Assembly (NCBI GenBank): GCA_018819325.1 | Contig: JAHJQJ010000083.1 | Coordinates: 1,067-65,066, forward strand | Direction of reading: 5' to 3' | Source of the DNA: Patescibacteria group bacterium | GTDB lineage: Bacteria; Patescibacteriota; Microgenomatia; UBA1400; MFAQ01 | Length of the DNA stretch: 64,000 bases | Shown: positions 18,463 to 27,727 of the stretch, piece by piece | How the letters are laid out: each line of letters begins with the position of its first letter | Position numbering within the stretch: position 1 is the first letter of the stretch | Position numbers and translations under genes: made by a program | Notes under the pieces: generated by a model | Seen by the model: the letters and a program-made list of their open reading frames with translations, nothing else | Told to the model about the DNA's origin: nothing | Databases searched by the model: none

Positions 18463-19890
18463 TCACCAGGGAACTGTTCCTTTTTTCCAATATTGTGTTT
18501 GAAGCGATTGCATCAATTCCGACATCTCATTCTCATTCATTACCTGAAGAGTAGTTGCCAGAGCATCTATTGTATAAGATAATGTAATTCCCTCTACTAA
18601 TTGATATACGATCTTCAGTTCGTTTGCTTCATCAGGATATTTTTCTGTAGCAAAAACCCTAAAAGTAGCAGCAGTAATTTCACCCGTGCTGTTAAGAATG
18701 TTAATCAAATCTTGTTTGCATTGGTCTGAGAGATTACTTTCGTTTATAGTTTTTAATATCTCGTTCTTGATATTATCTTCATTTGCTCGCATCTGTTCGG
18801 AAATTTTGTTTAATAATTGAATCCTCCAAGTATGACCAGAAGGCATGTAATAGAATGGCGTTTTGTCAGGAGTATTGAATGAAAGTTTGTAGCCCCACGG
18901 TGCATATGGGATTTCTTCTGTTTGAAAGTATGATGTAAGTTGTACCTCATCATTTCCACCATATTCATTACACATAATTGGCACCTGAAAGTTGTTCTGA
19001 AATGTTTGATACTGCTGCACCTTACTTTGGCTCTCTCCAAGAGATAAGTAAGTATGGAATATATAAACAATGTTGTCTCCAAGGGAAGGTGGATTGAACA
19101 TACTGAGATCATAAGCATAATTGTTGCCATCTAAAAAAATTATGTGCTTATTATCAATTGTGCGAATAGCAGTAATGGCTTGTTGATATAATGAAACAAG
19201 TTGTGTACCTTCTGGTGCTTCTGGTTCATTGAGTAATTCATATCCAACCACTGTTGGCTCATCCTTATACCTTTGTGCCAAAATCTTCCATAAGTTGATA
19301 AATTGTTGCTGATAAGTAGTATTACTCCATAAATAAGCATTCCCATCGCTGTCTGAATGATACGCAGTATTCTGACTACCCGGGGCAACTTGCAAATCAA
19401 TCATAACATAAATTCCATTATTTTTTGCCCAAGAAATTGCTTCATCTAATTTTGTAAGTTGTCCTTCTTGTACATAGCGATGATGAAATGGTAAGCGGAT
19501 AAAATTAAGTCCCATAGATTTTGCACCGGCAAAATCTTCTGCTAAAATGTAATTTGCTAAAATTAAATTAAAGAAATTGTCAACTTCTGTCTTAGGCATT
19601 CTTTTCTCCATCTCATTGCGTAGTTGATGTTCAGGATTATTAGGTAATTCCAATGCTCCACCTTCCCAGAGTAGCCAGCAACCAAAGTTCACCCCTTTCA
19701 AGAATACTTTCTCACCTGATTCATTTACAATATCTTTTCCTTGAGTCTTTAAGAAGGATAAATTTGTAGTGGGTGGTGTAGGTGCAATTATTGTTTCCTT
19801 CTTATTACGACAATAGAAAAAGGCAAACGCTCCAAAAAGAAGCAAAATTACCATTAAAACCCCAATTTTTTTCATATTTTTTCTTTTCAT
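18463..19890 (-). CDS. Cassette (attI-proximal): glycoside hydrolase family 5 with N-terminal anchor
   Basis: LKGVNFG, FIRLPF, YELLNEP (acid/base), IFHTY, CNEYG (nucleophile). Confidence 0.85.
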   Translation of the reverse strand: MKRKNMKKIGVLMVILLLFGAFAFFYCRNKKETIIAPTPPTTNLSFLKTQGKDIVNESGEKVFLKGVNFGCWLLWEGGALELPNNPEHQLRNEMEKRMPKTEVDNFFNLILANYILAEDFAGAKSMGLNFIRLPFHHRYVQEGQLTKLDEAISWAKNNGIYVMIDLQVAPGSQNTAYHSDSDGNAYLWSNTTYQQQFINLWKILAQRYKDEPTVVGYELLNEPEAPEGTQLVSLYQQAITAIRTIDNKHIIFLDGNNYAYDLSMFNPPSLGDNIVYIFHTYLSLGESQSKVQQYQTFQNNFQVPIMCNEYGGNDEVQLTSYFQTEEIPYAPWGYKLSFNTPDKTPFYYMPSGHTWRIQLLNKISEQMRANEDNIKNEILKTINESNLSDQCKQDLINILNSTGEITAATFRVFATEKYPDEANELKIVYQLVEGITLSYTIDALATTLQVMNENEMSELMQSLQTQYWKKGTVPW

Positions 19891-19922
19891 AAATTTACCC
19901 CCTACTTTAAGCGACCAATTGC

Positions 19923-19945
19923 GTATAACTAGGGTTTATGCAAAC
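19923..19945 (-). other. attI-like site
   Basis: - strand TTGCATAAACCCTAGTTATAC: core GTT between the first cassette and the recombinase, with no attC palindrome. Confidence 0.6.
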
Positions 19946-19970
19946 TTTTTGTTTGGATAAACACTGGGGT

Positions 19971-19999
19971 TTGCGTGAAATGCAAACTTGTGTTATATT
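19971..19999 (+). promoter_or_regulatory. Putative recombinase promoter
   Basis: TTGCGT-17 bp-TATATT with extended TG. Confidence 0.45.
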
Positions 20000-20034
20000 T
20001 TTTGTTAGTAATTACTTACATAATATCATAAATA

Positions 20035-20848
20035 ATGATGAGGGTTCTTGAGAAAACAGACAGGTTGTTGCGATTGAGGGGTTATAGTGCTAAAACGCGA
20101 AAAAGTTATTTGTTATATATTAAAAATTATTTATTATTTGCAAAACTACGGAAGCTACAGGAAAGAGATCGAGCCATTGAGCAATATTTGTTGGATAAAC
20201 AACGTAGAGGACTTGCTCCCCAAACCATAAATCTAGCATTAAATGCTGTTAAATTTATGTACAGAAAGGTATTGGATGACAAAAAACCTATTAAGTTTAA
20301 ATGTACCAAGAGAAACAAAAGATTGCCTGTAGTACTTTCTCGTAATGAAATTCAAAAAATAATTGCAGTGATTCAGAATCCAAAGCACAAACTAATGCTT
20401 TCTTTGGCTTACGCGACTGGACTGCGGGTTAGTGAGGTTGTTAACTTGAGGACTGGAGATCTTGCCTGCGACGAGTTGACAGTACATATTAAAAATGCAA
20501 AAGGGAAAAAAGACCGTATAAGTATTTTCCCTGAAAAACTGATTTCTGATATTACAAATTTGATTAAAGAGAAATCTGTGGATAGTTTTGTTTTTGAAAG
20601 TGCTCGGGGAGGTAAGTTAACCACCACTTCTTTGCAAAAGGTTTTTAGAAATGCTTTGGAAAAATCTAAGATACAGAAACCAGCCACGTTTCATAGTTTG
20701 AGGCACAGTTTTGCTACCCACTTGTCTGGAAAATGGAGTTGATGTAAGATACGTGCAGGAGTTGTTGGGACATGCGAATATTAGAACTACGCAAATATAT
20801 ACTAAAGTGACAAATCCTAAATTAAAAAATATTAAGAGTCCGTTGTAA
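20035..20848 (+). pseudogene. Short integron-type tyrosine recombinase with a +1 frameshift
   Basis: N-terminal SAM-like domain, [26 protein letters not shown]; extra T at about 20725; shifted frame continues [30 protein letters not shown]. Confidence 0.9.
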
Positions 20849-20851
20849 AAA

Positions 20852-20874
20852 GATTCTGGACAAGCCAGAATGAC
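20852..20874. repeat. REP-like palindrome GATTCTGGACAAGCCAGAATGAC
   Basis: Copies also at about 23023, 30720 (inverted), 32030, 39581 and 57512 (inverted, one mismatch). Confidence 0.85.
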
Positions 20875-20897
20875 GGATAAGGAAGTATAATATCTTT

Positions 20898-21659
20898 ATG
20901 AGGATTGATGTTTTGACGCTTTTTCCAGAAATGTTTGAGGGACCGTTTAGTGAGAGTATTTTAAAAAGGGCTCAGGAGGATGGGAAAATTGATATACGGG
21001 TACATAATTTGAGAGACTGGGCGGAAGATAAACATAGGACTACTGATCTGCCTCCGTATGGCGGAGGACCTGGAATGGTGATGAAGATTGATGTGATTGA
21101 TAGGGCGGTGGAGGGGTTGAAAAAACAGATGGATTCCACCCCGGGGGAGACTTCCGCTCCGCTACAGCCACCCGCCGGGGAGAAATCCCATGTGGTGCTA
21201 CTTGACACCAAGGGGTCTGTTTATAACCAGAGGAAGGCCGTGGAGCTTTCTAGGTTTGATCATTTGATATTGATTGCTGGGCATTATGAAGGAGTAGATC
21301 ACAGGGTACATGAGTATGTGGCAGACGAGGTTGTTTCTATTGGTGAGTTTGTTTTAACTGGTGGAGAGATTCCGGCCATGGTGGTGGTAGACAGTGTGGT
21401 TAGACTGGTTCCTGGAGTGCTAGGGAATGCGGAGAGTTTGGAGGAAGAGTCGTATTCTATGATGATGGATTCCACCCCGGGGGTTCGCCGCAGGCGCAAC
21501 ACAACCCCCGGGGAGAAATCCTTGGAATATCCGCAGTATACTAGGCCGGAGGAGTATAAAGACTGGAAAGTACCAGAGGTGCTTTTGTCTGGAGATCATA
21601 AAAAAATTGAAGAGTGGAGGAGGGGTTATTTTTTGGGGAGACCTACAGGAATCAAGTAA
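20898..21659 (+). CDS. trmD: tRNA (guanine-N1)-methyltransferase with two palindromic inserts
   Basis: [41 protein letters not shown]. Confidence 0.95.
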   Translation: MRIDVLTLFPEMFEGPFSESILKRAQEDGKIDIRVHNLRDWAEDKHRTTDLPPYGGGPGMVMKIDVIDRAVEGLKKQMDSTPGETSAPLQPPAGEKSHVVLLDTKGSVYNQRKAVELSRFDHLILIAGHYEGVDHRVHEYVADEVVSIGEFVLTGGEIPAMVVVDSVVRLVPGVLGNAESLEEESYSMMMDSTPGVRRRRNTTPGEKSLEYPQYTRPEEYKDWKVPEVLLSGDHKKIEEWRRGYFLGRPTGIK

Positions 21660-22360
21660 ATAATGGTTTCTTCTTCTGGAATTTGCAGGATTTCTTTTAA
21701 TACGTCTTGATCAATATTACTTATTTCTGCCATGCCTAAGCCTAAACTTTCTGACTGTAAGAATAGATTTTGAGTTGCGTGACCTGCTTCTAGGTAGGCT
21801 TCTATTTTGTTTGTGTTGCTGGTGATAATTAAAATTAATGGGGCGTGTTGGAGGGAGTATTGCTTGGTGTTTTCTATAAACAGCTGACGAAGATCAGCCT
21901 TGTATAAAGAATAAAGTTGATGGGCTGGTTGAAGATCCCCTGGAATATATTTATAAAGACCTTGGTCTATATCGGTAACTTGATTGGTTACTGCATAAAT
22001 ACTTAGCGGATAAGCTGATTTTGACGAATAAACGGTGCGACCGCCCCAGTCTACGGTTACACCTTGAGCTGACCAAAGTAACTGAGAGAGGTTGTTAAGA
22101 CTTAATGGTTTGTCTTGAAAACTGGTGTAACTTCGCCAATTATTTAAGGCTTTTTCTAGCGAAACTTTTGAGTCTTTATTTGGATAGGGTAAATCAATTA
22201 AATTGGCGTCTGATTCTTGTTCTGTCTGGGGTAAAGAGAGTGTGGTGGAAGTATGAGTTTTGTTAGTTTTAAAAAGAGAAGCTACCACCAACAGGAAGAC
22301 TATGCCTATGGTAGTTAAAGGAACAATGAAGTCTTTCTTTTGCTTTTTTAGGGCAGGCAT
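21626..22360 (-). CDS. SagB/ThcOx-family nitroreductase-like protein with N-terminal TM
   Basis: [21 protein letters not shown]; active-site motifs appear degenerate. Confidence 0.75.
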   Translation of the reverse strand: MPALKKQKKDFIVPLTTIGIVFLLVVASLFKTNKTHTSTTLSLPQTEQESDANLIDLPYPNKDSKVSLEKALNNWRSYTSFQDKPLSLNNLSQLLWSAQGVTVDWGGRTVYSSKSAYPLSIYAVTNQVTDIDQGLYKYIPGDLQPAHQLYSLYKADLRQLFIENTKQYSLQHAPLILIITSNTNKIEAYLEAGHATQNLFLQSESLGLGMAEISNIDQDVLKEILQIPEEETIIYLIPVGLPKK

Positions 22361-22366
22361 GTTCGT

Positions 22367-23002
22367 TTAGATAAACGAGCGAATACTGGCTTTTTCTTTT
22401 TGTTCTGTGAACCAAGTGTTGAATTCTTGTTGTAGTTTTTGATCTAGAAGACCAGTTTTAATTTCTTCTGTGACTTCTTCTAATGTTTTAGTTTCAAACA
22501 TGGCTTTATTTTGTATGTAGTATTGAGATACTTCTTCATCGGTGACTTCTAAGTTAAACAAACCTTGGGCCAGTTTCTTTTGGCCAAGGGTGATTGTTAA
22601 CCTTTCTTTTAGTTGATCTAGAGTTAGTCCATACTGAGCTAAAGTGGTTTCGAATACTTCACCACCACCTAGTTGTGTTTTTAGATTGTTAATTTCTTCT
22701 TCTATATCACCTTCAGTAATTTTTATGTTATTTTCTTTGAGCAAGTCTTTTATTAAAGCTTGGTTTATAAGTTCGTTTAGAGTCTCTTGACCATATCTTT
22801 CGGTTAATAATTTGTTTAGTTCAAAGCGACTGATGGGTTGATAGTTGACAGTAGCTACGATGAATTGGCTTTTGTATTTTTTTGCCAAAAGGAATGAGAC
22901 TGAACCAACCAGAAAAACTATAGCAAGGTTTTTGACAAACTTTGATTTTAGGCTTAGTTCTAATTTTTTAATTTTTTTCTTGGATATTTTTATTTTAGTC
23001 AT
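22367..23002 (-). CDS. SurA N-terminal domain / PrsA-like foldase
   Basis: VATVNYQPIS..L..LI; TM anchor. Confidence 0.7.
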   Translation of the reverse strand: MTKIKISKKKIKKLELSLKSKFVKNLAIVFLVGSVSFLLAKKYKSQFIVATVNYQPISRFELNKLLTERYGQETLNELINQALIKDLLKENNIKITEGDIEEEINNLKTQLGGGEVFETTLAQYGLTLDQLKERLTITLGQKKLAQGLFNLEVTDEEVSQYYIQNKAMFETKTLEEVTEEIKTGLLDQKLQQEFNTWFTEQKEKASIRSFI

Positions 23003-23049
23003 GTTTGTTATGTTATCACAAAGATTCTGGACAAGCCAGAATGACATTT

Positions 23050-23370
23050 TTAATCTTCAAGTGTAATTGAGTCGTTGAATTCGGGCATGAGTGGGTCTGG
23101 TAGTTGGGGGTTGAACTGACCGATTGATTGTTTTAGTGGGGTGAGACTAGAGTCTATTGGAAGTGTGATGGTAGTGGGAAGATCCGCTGGTTTGGGAATA
23201 TTGATTGACTGATTAGAAAGGAAGGCGATTCTTTTACCTATGGCCAGACCAATAACCAAAACCAGAACGGTGATAATTATTGGAAGGTATTTTTTTAGGG
23301 TCTGACCTTTCTGACGGAGCCGTCCGAGGAGAGATCCTTTGAGACTGATTAGGTTTATTTTAATTGACAT
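23050..23370 (-). CDS. Hypothetical membrane-anchored protein
   Basis: ORF in an operon-like run, one TM. Confidence 0.55.
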   Translation of the reverse strand: MSIKINLISLKGSLLGRLRQKGQTLKKYLPIIITVLVLVIGLAIGKRIAFLSNQSINIPKPADLPTTITLPIDSSLTPLKQSIGQFNPQLPDPLMPEFNDSITLED

Positions 23371-24118
23371 AATTCTTTTCTAGGTCTACTAAGATATTTA
23401 CTAGTTCAACCTGAAGGGTTTTTATTTGACTTAGATTTTCTGTTTGCTTGCTGTAGAAACTTGATTTGCTGGAGGTGGTAACTTCTGAAGACTTGATTAT
23501 GTTTATACTTGATAAAATTTTATTGTTAATATTGTCTGCTAACTGGGTGATTTTGTCTAAACCTGCGGAGACAGGAGTTAAGGTTTTGTCACTTATTTTG
23601 GGCAAAAGATCATCGTAGGCATTTTTGATATCTGTTTGCAAACGAATTAATATGGCTAATTTATTGGTAGCTAAGGACTTGATAATTTCAGTTTGATAAG
23701 GCGGTTGAGTTGCAAGATACTCTTTGGTGAATTTGGTAAGATCTTCTACATTGACGATATTTTTGGCTAATATTATTTGATTTTTATAAAATTCTTGGGC
23801 ACTAATTAGTTCGCTTTCTGTTTGAAGTATGTAACCTTGAGTAGGGTTTTGAGATCTAATTGAACTTAGAATAACTTCTATATAGACGATTTTTGTTGTA
23901 TCTCTACTTATGATTGTTTGCTTGGCGGCCTGGAGAGCTTTTTGCTGATTGTCTAAGGTGGGATTTTTTTGATTGTCTTCTTTTAAAACCTTGAACTCTG
24001 TATTGTGTTTTCTGTATTGTGTAAGTTGATATTCGTAGTCTGATTGAGGAGAAGTAGCCTGAATACTAGAGGTAGAGAGTAAGATTATAAATAAGAATGA
24101 AATTAATTTAGCGATCAT
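23360..24118 (-). CDS. Hypothetical secreted helical protein
   Basis: Signal peptide; 252 aa. Confidence 0.6.
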   Translation of the reverse strand: MIAKLISFLFIILLSTSSIQATSPQSDYEYQLTQYRKHNTEFKVLKEDNQKNPTLDNQQKALQAAKQTIISRDTTKIVYIEVILSSIRSQNPTQGYILQTESELISAQEFYKNQIILAKNIVNVEDLTKFTKEYLATQPPYQTEIIKSLATNKLAILIRLQTDIKNAYDDLLPKISDKTLTPVSAGLDKITQLADNINNKILSSINIIKSSEVTTSSKSSFYSKQTENLSQIKTLQVELVNILVDLEKNYVN

Positions 24119-24124
24119 TAAATG

Positions 24125-24355
24125 TTAAGGGATGCTTATTATTAACCATAATCCTAGCATAGCTATAATAAAATATTCTAGGGCGATTTTTGGATGAAGT
24201 GATTTTTCTCTTTTGTGATGCCATAATCCCCAGATAAAGTAAAGTAGGGTAAAACCAATGGTGAGAAACTTGATGTATTGGTGGCTAAAACTGGTGAGTA
24301 ACACCAAAGAAAGATAGGTTACAACTAGAAACAAAAGGGCAATGTAATCAATCAT
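24125..24355 (-). CDS. Small membrane protein
   Basis: YFIWGLWHH...EY motif; coupled to neighbours. Confidence 0.6.
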   Translation of the reverse strand: MIDYIALLFLVVTYLSLVLLTSFSHQYIKFLTIGFTLLYFIWGLWHHKREKSLHPKIALEYFIIAMLGLWLIISIP

Positions 24356-25194
24356 AGAACTATTCCGTGTTTAATAATGATGGCCACAACCAAGATGGCG
24401 ATGAAAAATGTGGTATGGGCCCAACTTTTACCAGAAATTCTAACTAATTTTTTTCTAAAGACAAAGAACCAGTCGAGACTTAGAGTAACCAGTAGGAGGA
24501 TAATAAATGACAAGGAGATAATTTTAGACATGGTGAAAGAGGAAATGGCGGTGTTTAAGTTGTTGGAAATGTCTTGAGTGGCATAAGCCTTACTGACGAA
24601 CTCTGATGATCCCAAGATGGACGTTTGTTCTGATGATGAAGAACCAAACATTTGAACTACTAATGTCGTTTCCTTTCCGTTAATTGTGCCATTTACTACG
24701 GCGACTCCAATATTTTCAAATCTTGAGTCTAGGATATTTTTCTTATGAGTAGGTGAGGCCATCCAGGCAGAGACCACTTCTGCAGAATTTTCAAAATCTC
24801 TGGCTAGATTTTCACCTGCGTGCTTGTATTGGTAATCTGCTTGGGAAATGAAGTACCAAGGTTCTGTACCGCTGGGTGAAGCGTGTGACCAGTAGTTGCT
24901 AGCAAACATATCTGAGGCTTTGGCTAAGGCGGCTTGGTTTAGTTTGTTGCTGGTGGTAAGTGATTTCTGGTCATTTTGTAGACGTTGGTTGTTGGTTAGG
25001 ATGATTATTTTTTCTGGATCGATGTTGGTGGCAAATCCTAATATCTTTGGTTGTAGCACTGATAACATGCTAATAACTGACTGAGCCATGATTAAGACGC
25101 CAAGCAGGGTTAGTAGTGAGTTAGTATGGAGAATTTTTGGTTTGTGATTGTTCTTATGGTGTGGAACAAACAAACGATAGGTGGTGGACAGCAT
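24352..25194 (-). CDS. CAP (SCP/YkwD-like) domain protein
   Basis: KASDM..YWSH, AGENLA, WMASPTHKKNIL. Confidence 0.85.
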   Translation of the reverse strand: MLSTTYRLFVPHHKNNHKPKILHTNSLLTLLGVLIMAQSVISMLSVLQPKILGFATNIDPEKIIILTNNQRLQNDQKSLTTSNKLNQAALAKASDMFASNYWSHASPSGTEPWYFISQADYQYKHAGENLARDFENSAEVVSAWMASPTHKKNILDSRFENIGVAVVNGTINGKETTLVVQMFGSSSSEQTSILGSSEFVSKAYATQDISNNLNTAISSFTMSKIISLSFIILLLVTLSLDWFFVFRKKLVRISGKSWAHTTFFIAILVVAIIIKHGIVL

Positions 25195-25206
25195 GAGTTT
25201 ATTATG

Positions 25207-26445
25207 TCAAATTTTACGCCGTCTGGAAAGGAGATAAAATAGATATGAAAACGAGATAAATATAGACAAAATCAGCATCCAAGTTTTGGGTTTTTCTGTG
25301 GTGGTTTTACCAAGGACTTCCTTAACTTCAGCCACCCCGGGGGAGTCCTTCACTGTGTTACGGCCACCCGCCGGGGAGACTTCCGTTGGTTGCCATGAGT
25401 AAGGTGAACTAAAAGCGGAATCGGCCGAGTTGACCAAGGTAGTTAAATCTGTCAAGGGATCGCTTGCATCAGATGTATCGTCTGATGAGGTTTCGGAGGT
25501 GGTGGTTGTGGATGTTGTGGAAGAAATGTTGTCGAAGGTAACTGGCCTGATTGTTGTGGTCCATTCTCCAGCATTATCTTTAGTTTTTACCTGCAAATAA
25601 TATTGACCGTTTGAGTAATTGTTTGTATTTATCTGACAGGAAATTGAGATAGATGTAGTAGAGTAAATTGTTGCCTGTAGGCAGGTAATAACTAGATTTT
25701 GATTTTCGTCTAGTAAGTTTAACTGGTATTCTGTGATGCCAAAGTCGTCCGTGGCTGAAGCACTGAAGGTTATCTCACCTTTAAGTACCTGATTTTCGTT
25801 TGGAGCACTGATCGTGCTTACTGGAGGAGAGTTGGTTAGTGTGTTGTAGTAGTCTATGTCTAGTTTAATCAGATCTATAATGGATGAGAGGTTAGCATAG
25901 CCGTCGTCACCGTAAATCGAAAGTCTAGTTAATAGATTGTTTAAACTAGTGGCGTTTAAGTAACTTGCTGGCAATGAGACTTGTGAAGTGCTGTAATTAT
26001 TTGGTGTTGCTGGCCAAAGATTGGTAGATAAAACTTCCCAGGTTGAACCATTATCCTTGGAGATTTCTAGTTTAATATCGTAGTTTAACCCCTTTGAGCC
26101 TTGAACTTCGTTTACTTGATGAGAAATTATGAGATTTGAACTTAAAATAGTATCTGTTGATAAAAGATTAGGATCTTCAAAATCAAACATTAAATATCGG
26201 TCTGGGGTAAAGTATATCTGTGGCCAGGCTCCGTTTGCAAAAAGACCCGTATGGTCTTTGATTTGATAGCCTTGGTTGTCTTGAGTGTTTAAGTTGGACA
26301 ACTCTTGATCCGAAAGGCTACAGGTGTAGATGGAGTTGCAAAAATTACCGTCGCTAGCTTGGTCGGTAACGATTGATAAAGAAAACGACTTGGCACTTAT
26401 AGTGGTGGCAAGAGGAAATAACGCTACCACAAGACAGGAAGCCAC
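25207..26445 (-). CDS. Surface protein with Ig-like (Big) domain, S/T-rich linker and C-terminal TM
   Basis: PPVSTISAP..ASATDD..NGQY..D.AG; start uncertain. Confidence 0.6.
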   Translation of the reverse strand: MASCLVVALFPLATTISAKSFSLSIVTDQASDGNFCNSIYTCSLSDQELSNLNTQDNQGYQIKDHTGLFANGAWPQIYFTPDRYLMFDFEDPNLLSTDTILSSNLIISHQVNEVQGSKGLNYDIKLEISKDNGSTWEVLSTNLWPATPNNYSTSQVSLPASYLNATSLNNLLTRLSIYGDDGYANLSSIIDLIKLDIDYYNTLTNSPPVSTISAPNENQVLKGEITFSASATDDFGITEYQLNLLDENQNLVITCLQATIYSTTSISISCQINTNNYSNGQYYLQVKTKDNAGEWTTTIRPVTFDNISSTTSTTTTSETSSDDTSDASDPLTDLTTLVNSADSAFSSPYSWQPTEVSPAGGRNTVKDSPGVAEVKEVLGKTTTEKPKTWMLILSIFISFSYLFYLLSRRRKI

Positions 26446-26497
26446 AAATAAATGATGTGTAATAATTTTTTTTATTATCAGATACCTTGACTATATC

Positions 26498-26527
26498 AAA
26501 AAGACCTCCGTAATTGGAAGTCTTTTT
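26498..26527 (-). terminator. Intrinsic terminator after 5S rRNA
   Basis: AAAAAGACCTCC GTAATT GGAAGTCTTTTT hairpin with U tract. Confidence 0.6.
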
Positions 26528-26531
26528 AGTT

Positions 26532-26649
26532 GCCCGGCGATGATCTATTTTCGCATTCAGTCGCCCGAATACTATCGTCAACGCTGACCTGTTTCACTTC
26601 TGAGTTCGAAATGGGATCAGGTGGGGCCAGATCGCTTTGATCACCGGAC
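26532..26649 (-). rRNA. rrf: 5S rRNA
   Basis: Reverse complement contains CCTGATCCCATTTCGAACTCAGAAGTGAA; terminal helix present. Confidence 0.9.
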
Positions 26650-27005
26650 AGATAAGGAAACCTTGATTTACTTATCTGCACAGTGATAAAGATTTATTTT
26701 AAGGTTCACTTACCCTCTAAAAAGTGAATAGATTAGTATAAGTAGATCACTAATAATTTATCTACTTTTCGACCATTAGTAAGGGTCGGCTAAATACATT
26801 GCTGCACTTACACCTCCCTCCTATCAACGTAGTAATCTCCTACGGGTCTTTCAGTCGCCCGAAGGCGACTATGGATTTCTCATCTTGGGAACGGCTTCCC
26901 GCTTAGATGCATTCAGCGGTTATCACGTACCAATGTAGCTACCCAGCAGTGCTCTTGACAGAAACAACTGGTTCACTAGGGATTGGCTCATCTCGGTCCT
27001 CTCGT

Positions 27006-27309
27006 CATGTACTCCTCTGTTACCAGAGGCATAGACTATACCTTCATCCTCCTAAAAATCTTAGGATAGGATGTTTGCCGTATTATAAGTGTGTATATTT
27101 ATCCATCAAAGATGGAGGAACACTTATCTTCACCTTGAACATTACTTCAAGGATTCAGTCGTTACAGGGATTATCTTATTTTAAAACATGATAATCTTCC
27201 CTCGGTATTGTCCTCTAAAGCCCTGGGACCATGGCTATAATTATAGAGGATTTCACCGATTTGGACAAATTTTTCTTTCTCCACATTACTGTGGAATGTA
27301 GCATTTTTT
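27006..27309 (-). ncRNA. Group I intron (304 nt) after U2656 (E. coli numbering), in the sarcin-ricin loop
   Basis: Splits CUAGU|ACGAGAGGACC; exon ends in U, intron ends in G; CCCUGUAACGACUG and GAAGGUAUAGUCU core elements. Confidence 0.85.
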
Positions 27310-27344
27310 ACTAGAGACAAACTCCCTCAAAAATCCAACGCTGG

Positions 27345-27390
<46 letters not shown>

Positions 27391-27461
27391 ACGTAGCGCT
27401 TTAATGGGCGAACAGACCAACCCTTGGGAGCTTCTTCACCCCCAGGATGCGCTGAGCCGAC

Positions 27462-27727
27462 CAAATGGCTCCATCTATTACTAGTGGTTTGGACTATATC
27501 TTTCAAAATTAATTACCTTTTCTTATCCTTTTGGTAACTAAATTGAGTTGGCGTGTGTACAGTTCTCCAATGAAGAACTATCTCAATTCCGATTAAATCG
27601 GAATATCAGTCTCTACGGGGATCTCGATCATGGATCGGATCTTCCCACGGGGTTAACCTTTGGTTGTTCATTTCCAAGGCATTCTCCGTTATTAGCCAAC
27701 TTTATCCTCGACATTCGTTCTTGGTTT
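27462..27727 (-). ncRNA. Group I intron (266 nt) after U2504
   Basis: Splits CCUCGAU|GUCGGCUC; IGS GUCGAGG; CCCGUAGAGACUG and AAGAUAUAGUCC; terminal G. Confidence 0.9.

Larger units (their letters stand above)
13726..20848. mobile_element. Integron-like platform: tyrosine recombinase, attI-like site and six cassettes
   Basis: Divergent recombinase; six co-oriented ORFs separated by five R-box-bounded (AAC...GTT) imperfect palindromes. Confidence 0.85.

Noticed and set aside
20035-20848. Recombinase as housekeeping XerC/D or a prophage integrase
   Set aside because: It abuts a cassette array and an attI-like core; there are no phage structural or replication genes and no flanking att duplication.
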